A stretch of DNA of 64,000 nt, from positions 21,452,001-21,516,000 of the forward strand of contig OX597831.1 of assembly GCA_951406725.2 (NCBI GenBank), read 5' to 3'. The notes under the pieces are model-generated. The model was not told the DNA's origin, ran no database searches, and worked only from the letters and a program-made list of their open reading frames with translations. Position numbers and translations under genes: made by a program. This document shows, in pieces, positions 29,116-42,945 of the stretch. The stretch's first letter is position 1, and the number at the start of each line of letters is the position of its first letter. Origin of the DNA: Octopus vulgaris. Taxonomy: Eukaryota.

Positions 29116-29743
29116 ACGAGAAGGAGGAGAGAACTGAGGACGAAGAAAATTAAGAAAAAAGCAAAGAAGGCTGAGAAGAAGATGAAGAGAAATAATGATG
29201 GCCTACATAAAAAAATCAAGTCAGTGCATTATCCGAAACAATGTGCAAGAAAATTAAAATCTTCAAGCAGGAAAATTCAAGAATCACACACACACATACG
29301 CATATGCATACTGCACACGCCCATACATACAAACACAATGCAAGACTCATACAGACGCATACACATAGACACACGCAGACACACACACAAGATTCTGTTG
29401 AATGTTCTCTTAATTCAAGTTGTCAATTATCGAAATAGCATGATGATACTTCGTTAATTTACAATTTTTCAGCTTGTCAGAACACTTTGTCTGCAGTTAG
29501 TGAGTGGTCCTCTTAATGCAACTATAGTATCAGTGACAAAAGGAAAAGAAAAAAAATGAAATGTCTGTAAACCATTGTCTAAAAGTTTAAAATTGAATTT
29601 AAATAAAAGTCTCTGTTTTCGTAGTCAGTATTCTAAAGATAAAATTTGGTTGCGCGAGTAACATTCACTTTGAGGTTAAAAAATTATAAGGGCAGCCGAC
29701 TTTATCGATTACAAACAATAAGTTTAAATTTTATGTGAGCATA

Positions 29744-29960
29744 TGCAAGGGGTTTCTGAAATGTTCCCAGTTTTAGATACGTCACGAAAGACTCTGTTGG
29801 ATGCCCAACAACGCGAGTTCTTTTACAGGGCTTAGAAAAGCTGAAGGACCACTGCAATGTGTGCGAATCTGAGAGGAGAATAAGTTGTTTAAAAACATAA
29901 AACTGATCCTCCTGTATTTTCTTTTACCCAAAGCCAGGAATAATTCAGCACCTCCTTGTA
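29744..29960 (+). mobile_element. Short mariner deletion derivative
   Basis: Degenerate TIRs TGCAAGGGGTTTCTGAAATGTTCCCAG / CCAGGAATAATTCAGCACCTCCTTGTA. Residual C-terminal transposase pattern FF..GLEKLKDHC...GE. Confidence 0.6.
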
Positions 29961-31285
29961 AATTCTGACAAATTTCAAAGTTGAAATTTATATAAACACG
30001 TCCTTCCACTGAGAGTGTAAAATGTTAAAAGTAAGATTATTTTTCTAAGCTTTAGTTTGGGTTAATAAATAAATTGTAAAGGTATGTCTATCTTAATGGC
30101 AAACAAGAAGGTTTAAGAATATTTTCTCTGGGATGTAAATTTTAAAAAGTGTTTGCCTAAGCGTACTGACAATGTCAATGGTAAAAGAGGAACTTGAATT
30201 TTTGCATCTGTAAGAAAAATGTTTTTAAAATTTTAAATTCAATTTATAAAAGTATGTGTTCCTCTAGGTTTAATTTGGAAAAATTCATAACATTTATGTA
30301 ACTTTTACTCTGGAGTATTTAGTAGATTGTAATTGCAGTGAGGGATATGTGGACAAACAGGAAACTTACGGTTATGTCAACAAATATGTTTGGGAAAAGT
30401 CTCAAGTAAAATTTGATTATCTCCCTGTCGCTGAGGTGGGGAATTTTGAAAACAATTCTGGTTTATTTGTCTAACTTTTAGATTTACTAGTGGAGTACAA
30501 ACACAGTGGCAATATCAGTGGTTAATGAGATGTTAAATATGTTTGTAAACTTTTAGTCGGGATTTAAATGAAATCTAAGTGTAATAAAAATGTTAGTAAC
30601 TAACAGAAAATCTTAGGATTAAATATAAAAAATATACAAACAAGGTCCTAGTTTTTGCCTAGTATTATCTGTCTGTGGATATTAAAGTGTCTCCGAATTG
30701 CGAGACAACGTGTCAAGTTTGAATAAATGTACAGCTGTATGACTAAGAAGTCTATTTCGTAGCTAAATGGTTTCAAATTCTATCACATGCCGTGGTACTT
30801 TAGTCAAGATTCATTGACTACAATTTCTGGTTGAACGAAAATTGTGGCTGAAATTTAAGTTTTAGCGCAACGAAGCAGATTTAAGACTAAAATTATTGTA
30901 GTCATGACTATATTTTTACGTAAGAAACATAGTTCTCTGTCTCCTTCATGCTTTAAGAAATTACGGTTTGATTTGTGGTTACCTGGTTGTTACTTCTCCA
31001 TGGGGGATCCCGCATGGGCGCAAAATGTGGTAAATAGAAAAAGAGTGCAAACCCATCGGAGGGAACCACAGTCGTGTTTAGGTGTCCGATTTAATTAATC
31101 GTTCACGTTAACACAAAATACTGTCCCTTGTGTGTTTGCATCAGAGTCAAGTCTACAGAAAGAGCCTAGAACGGAACTGTGACATAAAGGGTATTTCATC
31201 TATTTTTTCCTTAATCTTAGAGCACCTCAATGAAGGCATCTGGCGCTGCTCTTCACTCTTGTAGTTAAACCATATAAAATCGTGT

Positions 31286-31586
31286 GGAAGCACATGGCCG
31301 AGTTTTTAGAGCAGCGGACTCGCGGGCGAGGGATCGAGGGTTCGACTCTGAAACCGGGCGATGTGTGTCTTTATGAGTGAAACACCTAAGCTCCACGCGG
31401 CTCCGGCAGAAGGTAATGGCGAACTTCTGCTAAATCTTCCACCACAACTTTCTCTCACTCTTTCCTCCTGCCTCTTGCAGCTCACCTGCGACGGACCGGC
31501 GTCCTGCTCAGGAGGGGAACCTATACGCCAAGGAAACCGGGAAACCGGTCCTTACGAGCCAAGCATGACTCGAGAAGGAACAAACA
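31286..31586 (+). mobile_element. SINE family A, tail type 2, full length
   Basis: tRNA-like head with GCGGACTCGCG and GGTTCGACTC; tail ...GAAACCGGGAAACCGG...CTCGAGAAGGAACAAAC. Confidence 0.85.
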
Positions 31587-32719
31587 TATAACATCTTTGC
31601 AACGCCTCCATTTGAATTTAACTAGCGATGTTTTAATTTCGTTTTATAAAGTTTTTAGCGTTAATGCCCCATATACAAAGGATAAACGATCTTACTTGTC
31701 ACATCCATTTAGCCGTAAGTAGCAGCTACCGAAAAAATATTTTTAAAAAACCACTACATTATTAACACCATAAACGTATATAGAGAGAGATATGCTGTTA
31801 GACTTTTTTTCAAATTATGTCCTAAGTTACAACATTTCTACCCACAACACGTGGTTTTAAAAGATACTCTCATTGATAACAGGATGTTAAAGCTGAGCGG
31901 AACCGAATAGCTCTCTTCACAGGATTGCGAAGGGCAATAAAAATCCTTCCTGCACAGTGTTTCACTGTCGATCAATAATTCAATCTTGAAAGATAGAAAA
32001 TTCATAGGGAAAGGAGTGATATAATCAATAGATGCTATTGATCATACTATATGTGGTTTGGCAATTTTTGAAATATTCAGTTAATGCAATCCCTTGTCGA
32101 TATGGGAATTCGATAACATCAAGTCATGTGACAAATAAAAAAAATCTAATATTTAGGTTGTTGTCTTTGTAAAAAATAGGAAGAGTGAGAACGAGGAGGA
32201 GTGAGGGAAAGCGACAGCGGAGGAACGGAAGAAAGAGAGTGAGAGGGAACAAAATAAAGTAGCTTTGTTGATTTGACTTCTGTATCAGCAAAGTGATAGC
32301 AGCCGTTTTTTTTTTCTCCTGAAGGAAAGTGCTCAAACCATCAGGGCCTTTGTTCCCTAATGAGCATTACTATATCAAATGGTTTTGTGAACTCTTTTTC
32401 GGTGCTGATTATTATCTATATGAAGATTATCAATTTCTGAACATTCCATACTTTGCACTAACCAACAACGAATTCCATAAGACTTGCAGAGTTTCATTAC
32501 GTACGAAATGCGACAAAATTGATCATCCGTACTTGCAAGGATAAATGTAAAGACATTTACCAACGAATATAATTGTTTTCTTGACCGTATCTGATATAGA
32601 TTTTAACTGGAAATTTGATAGATCCAATAGATAAATTTGACATTATATTTATATATATGTGTGTGTGTGTGTGTGTATGTGTGTACATCATCATCATCAT
32701 GTATTTGTATATACTGATA

Positions 32720-32930
32720 CTGCCTTCAAATTTTGGCACAAGACCAGAAAATTCGGGAAAGGGAATAAGTCTATAACATCGATCCCAGTTTTCAAGTGGT
32801 ACTTATGTTGTTGACATTGAAAGGATGAAAGGCAAAGCCAGTCTAGGTGGAATTTGAACTTAGAACGTGCAAACGGACGAAATGCCGCTAACCATTTTCC
32901 CAACGTGCTAAAGATACTGTAAGCTCGCCG
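32720..32930 (-). mobile_element. SINE family C (Nin/Deu-like domain), decayed
   Basis: GAAGGATGAAAGGCAAAG...GGAATTTGAACT, homologous to 62003-62233. Confidence 0.7.
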
Positions 32931-32969
32931 ACACACACGCGCACACACACACAAACGCACACACACAAA

Positions 32970-33037
<68 letters not shown>

Positions 33038-33313
33038 CGGCAAAAAAGAAATTAGAGAGGAAACAAAAACGACATACAGCAGTCGGTAGATATTCTAGTA
33101 TGTATATTTATTCCAATGTATTAGAATGTATTAGATGAATACATACACATGTAATAACCATGTTTATGAATGTCTACGTATATACATACCCAGAGCCTCT
33201 CTGCCATGAAATCAATAATATGTACATTCATATATGTACATGGATATATGTATGTATGTGTTTTACATACCTACCTACCTACCTACCTACCTACCTATGT
33301 ATGTACGTATGTA

Positions 33314-33393
<80 letters not shown>

Positions 33394-33517
33394 TAGACAT
33401 ATACATACATACATACATTACGTTTCTCTAAACATGCATAAGCATACATATCCAATTATGTAGGTATACATGCGCATATATATATATATGTCTATATATA
33501 TATATATATATATAAAT

Positions 33518-33567
<50 letters not shown>

Positions 33568-35055
33568 ATAGTCGAAACTACATATGTGTGCCCATTGAAG
33601 CATTCTTTCTATTTAAATACTTTCAAATGAATATATATATATCCCCGGATAGGAGCAGGAACTTTGCAAAGAAAATGGAAAAAGGAAAAAATAAACATTG
33701 AAACATTCAACATCTAATCAACAATTTCACCCATGAGCCTTAAATCTGAAAAGAAAAAAAAAACCGCAGCTAAAATAAGACGCTAATGATCTTATAATAA
33801 CTAAAATAATGAGGTATCAAATATAGCTAGTCAATTTAAAGTGCATAACCGATTAGATTGTGTAACTTAACGAGACGCGCATATATCCACTCAAAGAAAC
33901 ATCGCTTCTAACCCTAAACACGGATTAATCAACCTTAAGAAAATCAGTAAGAAAGTTATAAAAAAACATTCTTAAGTAGCATTAACGACGATATTAAGAA
34001 TACAACTGACCTCGGGGCTGGAGAAGACTATCATTGTTGTCATTAGCTGGTGTAAAAGTATATTTAAAAAAACGTTACAAGTGATTTCAAATTTATTCCA
34101 TTGTGTATAGTCGAATTCAATCTTGAAATCATTATCTACCATTACTCCGGGATTTGATATTTATAGTGATATCATAATGTACGCCATTCTAATTATGCTT
34201 TTGACAAAAGAATTGCTCCGGGTTAAAGAAAAAGACACAACTTGTTTGTTTAGCGTCATTATGGGATCATTCGACAGCACAGTGGTATGTGATCATGTCA
34301 GATTCTATATGTTTTACGCATCTAAAAAGTGTATTCTTCATCGCAGATATAGGTAGAAACGAAGATTAACGGATTGAACTTAATTTAGTATGACAATAGC
34401 CCGGACAAACTTGGAGATGATTAACTTTCTTTGCGAGATCAATAATAAATTATCATTCAAAGGAACGCGAGACGATTAAACTGACTGACTTCCTTAAAAG
34501 CTCTGCTGCTCAGCATTACTGAAATCAACGAAAGATTATATGTATATATATATTTCTGAATTTGCGTATATGTGCATGGTATAATATATCAGTTAAATAT
34601 AGTTAAATCAGTCTGGTTTTCACGTTTTTATTACGGTATTTAAAAAAAATATATATATTTTACAATATTGAAGGGTGTTAAACATTAAAATAATAATGTG
34701 TGATATTCATAAAGTTCAATTAGCTCTTCCATACGTTCGTAGTAATCATCAGATTACTTTGTTTCATGATTGTCAAATTTGTTTTTATGATGTTAAAAAT
34801 ATTTTGTTGATACGGATTTTGTACTACTAGAAATGGTATTCTGTTTCATTGATGGGTTCGTCTTTTTCGTGTTGCCCTACGCTGTTCTATAGTTATCTCT
34901 TTTGCTCGTTGTATGCTATTTTCTATAAGTAGGAGAAAGTAATGTTGCTTGAGCAGAAATACTATGAGCTCTATATGTCGTGTGCTTCTGATATTTGGCT
35001 AATCGATTATAGTACAAAATTTCCTGACTAGACAGTAAGAACTAGAAGAAAACGT

Positions 35056-35255
35056 ACATAAAGGTCCGTGAAATATATTCCAATCCATTGCCACGCTTTC
35101 TCCAGAAGAACGGCCGTAATATTAAGTCGGTCACATTTGCTTTCACTTCAGCTATAGACATTCTAATACTGAACAATATCTTAACCATAGCAAACAAGAA
35201 TTCCGTTTTAATGTTCGTCCCACGAGATTGTTTAACTGAAATAGTCTGCTGCTGT
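35056..35255 (-). CDS. Candidate internal exon of an unidentified minus-strand gene or pseudogene
   Basis: Stop-free frame (QQTISVKQSRGTNIKTEFLFAMVKILFSIRMSIAEVKANVTDLILRPFFWRKRGNGLEYISRTF) in non-repetitive DNA, with AG acceptor candidates and a TAT|GTACGT donor. No confident homology; boundaries approximate. Confidence 0.25.
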
Positions 35256-35459
35256 AGCATCATAATGAAAAGCTTAAACAGCAACAACAGCAACAGCACA
35301 ATAAAAACAACTGAGGTTAAACGTACTCGAAGTTATGAAATGCTGAAACAGTCATCTGGGACACAGAACTCTATTCTCGAAAATGAATCAAAGATACAAA
35401 ACGGTGACGTTGTATCTGTAGATAGAGAATGAATTTACGCACGGAAAGTTCAGCGGTAC

Positions 35460-35677
35460 TTTACTTTACTTTTACTTGTTTCAGTCATTTGACTGCGGCC
35501 ATGCTGGAGCACCGCCTTTAGTCGAGCAAATCGATCCCGGGACTTATTCTTTGTAAGCCCAGTACTTATTCTATCGGTCTCTTTTTGCCGAACCGCTAAG
35601 TGACGGGGACGTAAATACACCAGCATCGGTGTCAAGCAATGCTAGGGGGACAAACACATACACACAAACATACACGC

Positions 35678-35714
<37 letters not shown>

Positions 35715-35879
35715 TACGACGGGCTTCTTTCAGTTTCCGTCTACCGAATCCACTCACAAGGCTTTGGTCGGCGCGAGGCTATAGTAGAAGACATTTGCCC
35801 AAGGTGCCACGCAGTGGGACTGAACCCGGAACCATGTGGTTGGTAAACAAGCTACTTACCACACAGCCACTCCTGCGCC
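35460..35879 (-). mobile_element. SINE family B, full length
   Basis: Complete GGCGCAGGAGTGGCTGTGTGGTAAG head through the GTAAAA tail on the minus strand. Confidence 0.92.
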
Positions 35880-36688
35880 TTAAAATACCCTTTCCTTAAA
35901 ATGTAGAACGTAATCAAATTATCCATTTATTGATTAATGTTGATAAAAAAGGATTTTGAATAGAAGATCCTTGAAAACTATAAATCATACAGAGATAAAG
36001 CTAAAACCTATGCAATACAAGATAAATCGTTTACATAAACCTTCCAAAAATGGGTCATTTCAATAACAGATAAAAGATTTTCAATAAATGTAGGCACTTT
36101 GGAAACTTTCTGTTGAATAGATGGAAACACTAAATAAATACCTTGAGCATAATTGATTATCACTGAGATATAATATCCATATACATCTTTCTTTATCACC
36201 TCTAAAGTTAATATGATGTCAATTTTACTGACTACCAATTTTAAATCATGTTTCATATGTCAGTTTTCATCTAGAATAAATATATAATGTGCATATTATC
36301 CAAATGGTGTAAATATTCTTATCAAATTTTTATAGAGCTGTGCTTTATTATTTATTCAAATATAAATATTCCGATATGCAAGTTACTTCATTATATCGTC
36401 AGCAAATATATGGCTAATAACAAATCACAAACAATTTACAATCAAGAAGCAAGGTGTTACACCTCAACTAACAACTTTGTGCAAAGAATGCACGAGCAGA
36501 CGCTGATAATGTCATCTCAGTTGTATTAAATATATCAATACAAAGTATTTGTTCTCAGTTAACTGTAACTGGAGTCAATTGCATGTTAATACACAATATC
36601 CAACACTGAATAAGAAGCCTTTAGAGTAAAACAGCAGACCCTATAAACGTATGTATGTGTGCATATATGTTTGCATGTATGTATGTAG

Positions 36689-36719
<31 letters not shown>

Positions 36720-36744
36720 TGTATGTATGTATGTATGTACGTAC

Positions 36745-36782
<38 letters not shown>

Positions 36783-36785
<3 letters not shown>

Positions 36786-36963
36786 GGAGTAAACACATAA
36801 ATGTGAAACAAGGTGGAAAAGAAAGTACTCAAATACCAGTGATAGAGTAATACGCTTTATTTAAAGCAGCAGAAAATTCAACAAAACCTGTTACTCTGAG
36901 TTCATCGGCAACGGGAACTCAGGGTAACAGGTTTTGTTGAATTTTCTGCTGCTTTAAATAAAG
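36783..36963. mobile_element. Fold-back PLE-like terminal element in (TA)n, copy 2
   Basis: Arms at 36855-36903 and 36915-36963; same 5' leader ACCGGAGTAAAC..ATAAATGTGAAACAAGGTGG as 16657. Confidence 0.75.
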
Positions 36964-36972
36964 TATATATAT

Positions 36973-37260
36973 ATCTTATATAAAATCCGTTCTGTCCGTC
37001 TGTCTATGTATGTCTTCTCGGATCTCGGGCATCCTCCATCCGACCTGCTCAAATTTGATATGTAGATACCGACGGTATCAGGGCGCGTATAAGTCTTCAA
37101 AAATATACAATATACAAAAATCGATTCTAGGTGAGAATACGATCGATAAAGCCGTTTTTGTCCTGCTTTTCTTCCGTCAACCTGTACATAACGGCACCTT
37201 CTATTTTTTGTTGTTTTTGTACTGCTTAAAGGCAAGTTTCTTTCCTGACAAGCTTACTGT
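36973..37260 (+). mobile_element. Probable non-autonomous Helitron 5' end
   Basis: A|TCTTATATAAAA start, a short (GTCY)n tract, then CATCCGA...AAATTTGATATG, an arrangement typical of invertebrate non-autonomous Helitrons. The 3' end was not found. Confidence 0.5.
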
Positions 37261-37407
37261 TTAAACCATGTTTGTGTTCTCCCAGTCAACAGCCTTATCA
37301 TTACTGGTACATTAAACTCTTCGGTTGCATATTTGTGTGAATAAAATCATTTTTTCTTTTGCTGGTGTCTCAAATTTAGGTTAAATCGGTGTTTCTCAAA
37401 GGGGAGG

Positions 37408-37742
37408 CCCAGTGCGTAAGTGGTACTTAATTTATCGACCCCGAAAGGATAAAAGGCAAAGTCGATCTCGGCTGAATTCGAACTCAGAACGTAACAGCAG
37501 ATGAAATACCTGTTTCTTTACTACCCATAAGGGGCTAAACACAGAGAGGACAAACAAGGACAGACAAACGGATTAAGTCGATTATATCGACCCCAGTGCG
37601 TCACTAGTACTTAATTTATCGATCCCGAAAGGATTAAAGGCAAAGTCGACCTCGGCGGAATTTGAACTCAGAACGTAGCGACAGACGAAATGCCGCTAAA
37701 CATTTCGCCCGGGGTGCTAACATTTCTGCAAGCTCGCCACCT
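37408..37742 (-). mobile_element. SINE family C (Nin/Deu-like domain), full unit plus head-less partial tandem unit
   Basis: Minus strand GCCGAGGTCGACTTTGCCTTT.ATCCTTTCGGG.TCGATAAATTAAGTAC occurs twice (~37415-37475 and ~37605-37660). Confidence 0.85.
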
Positions 37743-37770
37743 TATCTATCTATCTATCTATCTATCTATC

Positions 37771-38202
37771 TGACGAAGCCACCTTGACTATGATTCTATG
37801 AACCGTAAAAATTAATACAGAGAGTTGCTTATTTGCAAAAAAAAAAAAAAAAAAAGAAATATAACATGTGACTTCATTGACCGAGGTTACCGTGGTCTTT
37901 TCCGTAGGCTTTTCTTTCCACGGGTAAACCTCACCTGTCCTCCCCTTTACACTTCATATTGACATTTCTGTGATAACGATCCCTATTGATCAATTTTTTT
38001 CCTCTCCCCCTTTTTTTTACCCCCCCCCCTTTTTTTGTCCTCTTTCTATCCTTTTACGATCCCCTTTGATCGACCCCCCTTTTTTATTTTATTTTTATTT
38101 TATTTTTTTAATTTTTTTTTTATTTTTTAAACCTTCAAAAGAAAAGCTCTACCTTGTAATTTGTTCTATCTGTGTGCAGCCCTGTGTGGCTAATAAAGAA
38201 AC

Positions 38203-38203
<1 letters not shown>
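37771..38203 (+). mobile_element. Probable L1/Tx1-clade LINE 3' UTR inserted in (TATC)n
   Basis: Pyrimidine-rich UTR ending CCTTGTAATTTG...CCCTGTGTGGCTAATAAAGAAAC, flanked on both sides by (TATC)n. No coding sequence is present to confirm the clade. Confidence 0.5.
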
Positions 38204-38540
<337 letters not shown>

Positions 38541-38789
38541 ACAAACATTTACAACTTTAGTAAATGAATCAATTTGAAATCTTACTTTGACCTTTTTTCT
38601 TTCCCCATTAGCTATCTGTGTCCGACAGTTTACTTAAGTGGTCATCATAAGCTATACAACACATTGAAAAGATAGTCTTCAAGTAAGTCTGTCTATTAGT
38701 ATCCTGATATAGAAGTTCACACAGCTGTGTCCCTCGGCAACCTTAGATGTTTATTCAAATACACAATACTGTATTCTGTTCTTCCTCAG

Positions 38790-38848
<59 letters not shown>

Positions 38849-39736
38849 CTGTCTCTCTCTATCTTAATATATATATATATATATGTATGTATGTATGAAT
38901 ATATATAGATATATATATGCATATATACATACTAATATGTACATACTTACATCTATATGTGTATGTATGTATATATATGTGTGTGTATATATATATATGC
39001 ATTTACGTCTATATACACGTGTGCCTCTGTGACCATCTATACATACATGCACAGATATATATATATATATGTGTGTGCATACACATACACAGTCACATAC
39101 ATATGATGCGTTCATATATACTTCTGTACAAGGGAATATACATTTAAACATAATAATAACAATAACAACACCTACAACAACAACAAGTATAACAACAATA
39201 ATGATAATAACAACAATGATAATAACGGTAACGGTACTAGCTAGTTTCCCATCTCATTGCCTGAAAAAGCAAAAATAAGTATTCTTCTGCATAGATCACA
39301 TAACACCGCTAGGTAGAATTGTCTAATTTACTCAACAATTACCTTAATTAGCATTAATAATTTTGCATTTTATCAAAGGTTACTCTATTTAGGTTCCTGT
39401 TGTATGCGTAGATTGCTGTAGTGGTGACTGAGTCGATATATTTAATGTGAACGACATGTAACCGATAGCGATAAGGTTTCGAATTTCGTGGAATTACTTT
39501 TTTTGTTTTTTGGCACGTTATATTTTATTTTTTATGTTTAGGTCATAAAAACTGTGGCCATGGCACAGCATCCCCTTGAAAGGTTTGGTGGAAAAAATTG
39601 ACACAAGGAATTATTTATTTATTTATTTATCTATTGTGTATCGTATAGATCTAAGATTAAAGTCAAATTTGATTTCGGTGTGATTCGAACTCATAACACG
39701 GGCATTAATCAGGTCGCTATATCATTCTATCGACCT

Positions 39737-39960
39737 GGCGAGTCGGCAGAGACGTTAGCGCGCCGGGCGAAATGCTTAGAAGTATTTCGTCTGCCGTTAC
39801 GTTCCGAGTTCAAATTCCGCTGAGGTCGACTTTGCCTTTCATCATGTCGCGGTCGATAAATAAAGTACCAGTTACGCACTGGGGTCGATGTAATGGACTT
39901 AATCCCTTTGTCTATCCTTGTTTGTCCCCTCTATGTTTAACCCCTTGTGGGCAATAAAGA
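39737..39960 (+). mobile_element. SINE family C, full length
   Basis: GGCGAG.CGGCAGA..CGTTAGC head, GAGTTCAAATTCC B box, Nin/Deu-like domain, and tail CCCCTTGTGGGCAATAAAGA. Confidence 0.88.
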
Positions 39961-40548
39961 TATATATATATATATATATATCACTCTATCGATCAGAGTA
40001 ACATATGCTGTTATACACTTCTGGTCACAATGCAGTTCCTCGCGTTGTAGACGTTAAATCATGCCACACCGTTGACTAAGCAGGCAAGACACCATTCTCT
40101 CTGAAGGGAACGCATCCATCGCAGGGTTAAATATTTACAGCTAGATGAACAGAAGGAACGCCATATGAAGTGTTTTTCGCAAGAACTCAATACACCACCT
40201 GTCTGGAAATCGAAACCACCCTATTGTGATCGTGAGTGGAATATTTTAAAAGCACGGTTTTCGCATTTTATAAGTAGTTGTCAAAAGAAAAATGTTTAAT
40301 AAATGGAATATCAGGAATTATGTTCCAGCTGCTTTAAAACCGATATTGATTTTTACGTTTAGTCATTTTGTACGGTCTGTGCCCTCATTTTGCCAACACA
40401 GGTTTAGTGTAGGTGGTGATCATTTAGGTGCATCTGACTGAGGAAAGGACATTATATTCAGTGGTGAATTAACGCCCTCCAGTTGTAGCAATTACATATC
40501 GCCTGTACACAAATTTTTATGGGTTACACATATTTGTGTATGGGTTTG

Positions 40549-40596
<48 letters not shown>

Positions 40597-40767
40597 TTAG
40601 GGAATAAATCCAAATTCACAGGGAAAAAAATCAGATTTAGGATTAAATCCAATTTTATAGTAAAATATTATAAAATATTATTAGAGACAAAACCACTATT
40701 TTGCAAAACAAACAAGGAAAGACTTAATCAATACAAAAAATTTTAATAAATAGTCAAAAAAAAACCG

Positions 40768-40810
40768 CCACTACAATTGTTTCTTGTCTTGATCGACAAT
40801 CTTCAGGTGG
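40768..40810 (-). ncRNA. Minimal type I hammerhead ribozyme
   Basis: Exact reverse complement of 40887-40929. Confidence 0.8.
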
Positions 40811-40886
40811 ACTTCCAATAAGTCAGTTTCAAATTATGAAGTCATAATTTATGAACTTCATAATTTGAAACTGACTTATTGGAAGT

Positions 40887-40929
40887 CCACCTGAAGATTG
40901 TCGATCAAGACAAGAAACAATTGTAGTGG
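40887..40929 (+). ncRNA. Minimal type I hammerhead ribozyme
   Basis: CCAC / CUGAAGA / UUGUC-GAUCAA-GACAA / GAAA / C-AAUU-G / UA / GUGG. All core nucleotides are present, with a GUA cleavage triplet and a palindromic stem III (ACAAUUGU). Confidence 0.82.
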
Positions 40930-41017
40930 CGGTTTTTTTTGACTATTTATTAAAATTTTTTGTATTGATTAAGTCTTTCCTTGTTTGTTTTGCAAAATAG
41001 TGGTTTTGTCTCTAATA

Positions 41018-41084
<67 letters not shown>

Positions 41085-41198
41085 TATATATATGTTTATA
41101 TATATGTATGTATATATATATATATTTATATATGTATATATTATATATATATGAATATATATAAATATATATAAATGTAAATATATACACACACATGT

Positions 41199-41485
41199 GG
41201 AGGCGCAATGACAGTGGTTAGGACAGCGGACTCGCGGTTTCGATTCACAGACCGGGGGTTGTGTGTGTTTATTGAGCGAAAACACCTAAAAGCTCCATGA
41301 GGCTCCGGCAGGGGGTGGTGGTGACCCTTGTAGTACTCTTTCGCCACAACTTTCTCTCACTCTCTTTTCCTGTTTCTTGAGTAATGCTGCGATGGACTGG
41401 CGTCCCGTCCAGCTGCGGGGAACACATACGCCACAGAAACCGGGAATCCGGGCCCATGAGCCTGGCTAGACTTGAAAAAGGCGAA
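41199..41485 (+). mobile_element. SINE family A, tail type 2 variant
   Basis: Head as at 1222; tail GGCGTCCCGTCCAGC...GAAACCGGGAATCCGGGCCCATGAGCC. Confidence 0.85.
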
Positions 41486-41830
41486 AAATAAAAATACATA
41501 TATATATACGTACATGCATATATATATATACCAGTACACCAAAGGATATTTTTAGATGCTATGTTTTATACGAGTTAAAATTTCTGAAGAATATTACGCC
41601 GCAGTGTAATTGCATTCCAAACAAGAAGACTTGAAAATTGTTTACATACGTTTCACAACTAAAATACGTTACATAGGTATGATTGTAGAAAAGAAAATGT
41701 AAGTTACTTTTCTTGTATTAATAATTCTTTATATGTAATGGGGAATAAAAAAATATCACAAAAGTTTCTTATTTCGCTGTTTTGATAGATATGAATGTGT
41801 ACATATACATACATACATATATATATATAC

Positions 41831-41989
<159 letters not shown>

Positions 41990-42020
41990 CATATGCATAT
42001 ATATATATATATATATACAC

Positions 42021-42054
<34 letters not shown>

Positions 42055-42100
42055 GTGTATATATATCTGTGTGTGTGTGTATGCATGTATATATATGTAT

Positions 42101-42133
<33 letters not shown>

Positions 42134-42466
42134 CATATATAAAGAGGGAGGGAAAGAGACCTATGCATATATATTTAATCAATTTATATGTTTGTATATG
42201 AAAAAAACTAATGGCATCCAGAAATTTCTCTTAGTAAACACAAAACATTCGGCTATCATGTACATCTATCAAGGATTATTGAATTATTTCAATGAATAAT
42301 ATCCACATGCCTATACAATATGATTACAATTTGTCTACCTGTAACAATATTCTGTGATAAATAAAATATTTCTATTTGTTACGCGTGCTTATCTAAAAGA
42401 GCTGACCAAGGAGATTGAAAGTTTTTTTCTCAGCTCGCCTATCGATGATTTATGAAAACGTACGTT

Positions 42467-42511
<45 letters not shown>

Positions 42512-42634
42512 CAACGAAGAAACAGAGTACAAGACAAACAATACAAGGAATATTCCCCTTCAACAGCTATATATATATATATTCCATGCAAAGTGGAACA
42601 AGTTCTAAATAAGTTATGTCCGGCAACTTAGAAC

Positions 42635-42930
42635 AATCAAAGTTACTTTAGGAAATATATGTTGATGTCTATATGGATATGTGTACAGTATAAGTGGTCT
42701 GTATGTTATACACTAGTATTCGTCTTTTTTTATAGTATAAATTATTGAAAATGTATTTGGAGTGACGTCTGTGCTGTATGAGCTCACATGATTTTCAATT
42801 TTTAGGAGCAAACAGTAAAATATAATTTACCACAGTTTTATTAGGACAAATCGAATGGCCACGGTTTTATTAGTATAAACAGGGCTGCTACATCATTATT
42901 AGCATAAAACGAACGGACCCGACTGCAATG
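42635..42930 (+). repeat. ~290-bp segment duplicated at 46115-47262, where it is split by two SINEs
   Basis: Shared GTTGATGTCT..ATGGATAT..GTACA.TATAAGTGGTCTG, TATGAGCTCACAT and ATCGAATGGCCACGGTTTTATTAGTATAAACAGG. Confidence 0.85.
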
Positions 42931-42945
42931 CTATATATATATATA

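Larger units (their letters stand above)
40593..41027. mobile_element. Young fold-back PLE pseudo-LTR pair in (TA)n
   Basis: ~173-bp arms at 40669-40842 and 40855-41027. By eye they differ only in one homopolymer length, and each arm holds an HHR. Confidence 0.85.

Noticed and set aside
32325-32544. Plus-strand 71-aa ORF after a pyrimidine tract
   Set aside because: It has no recognisable homology and no partner exons, so it cannot be supported.
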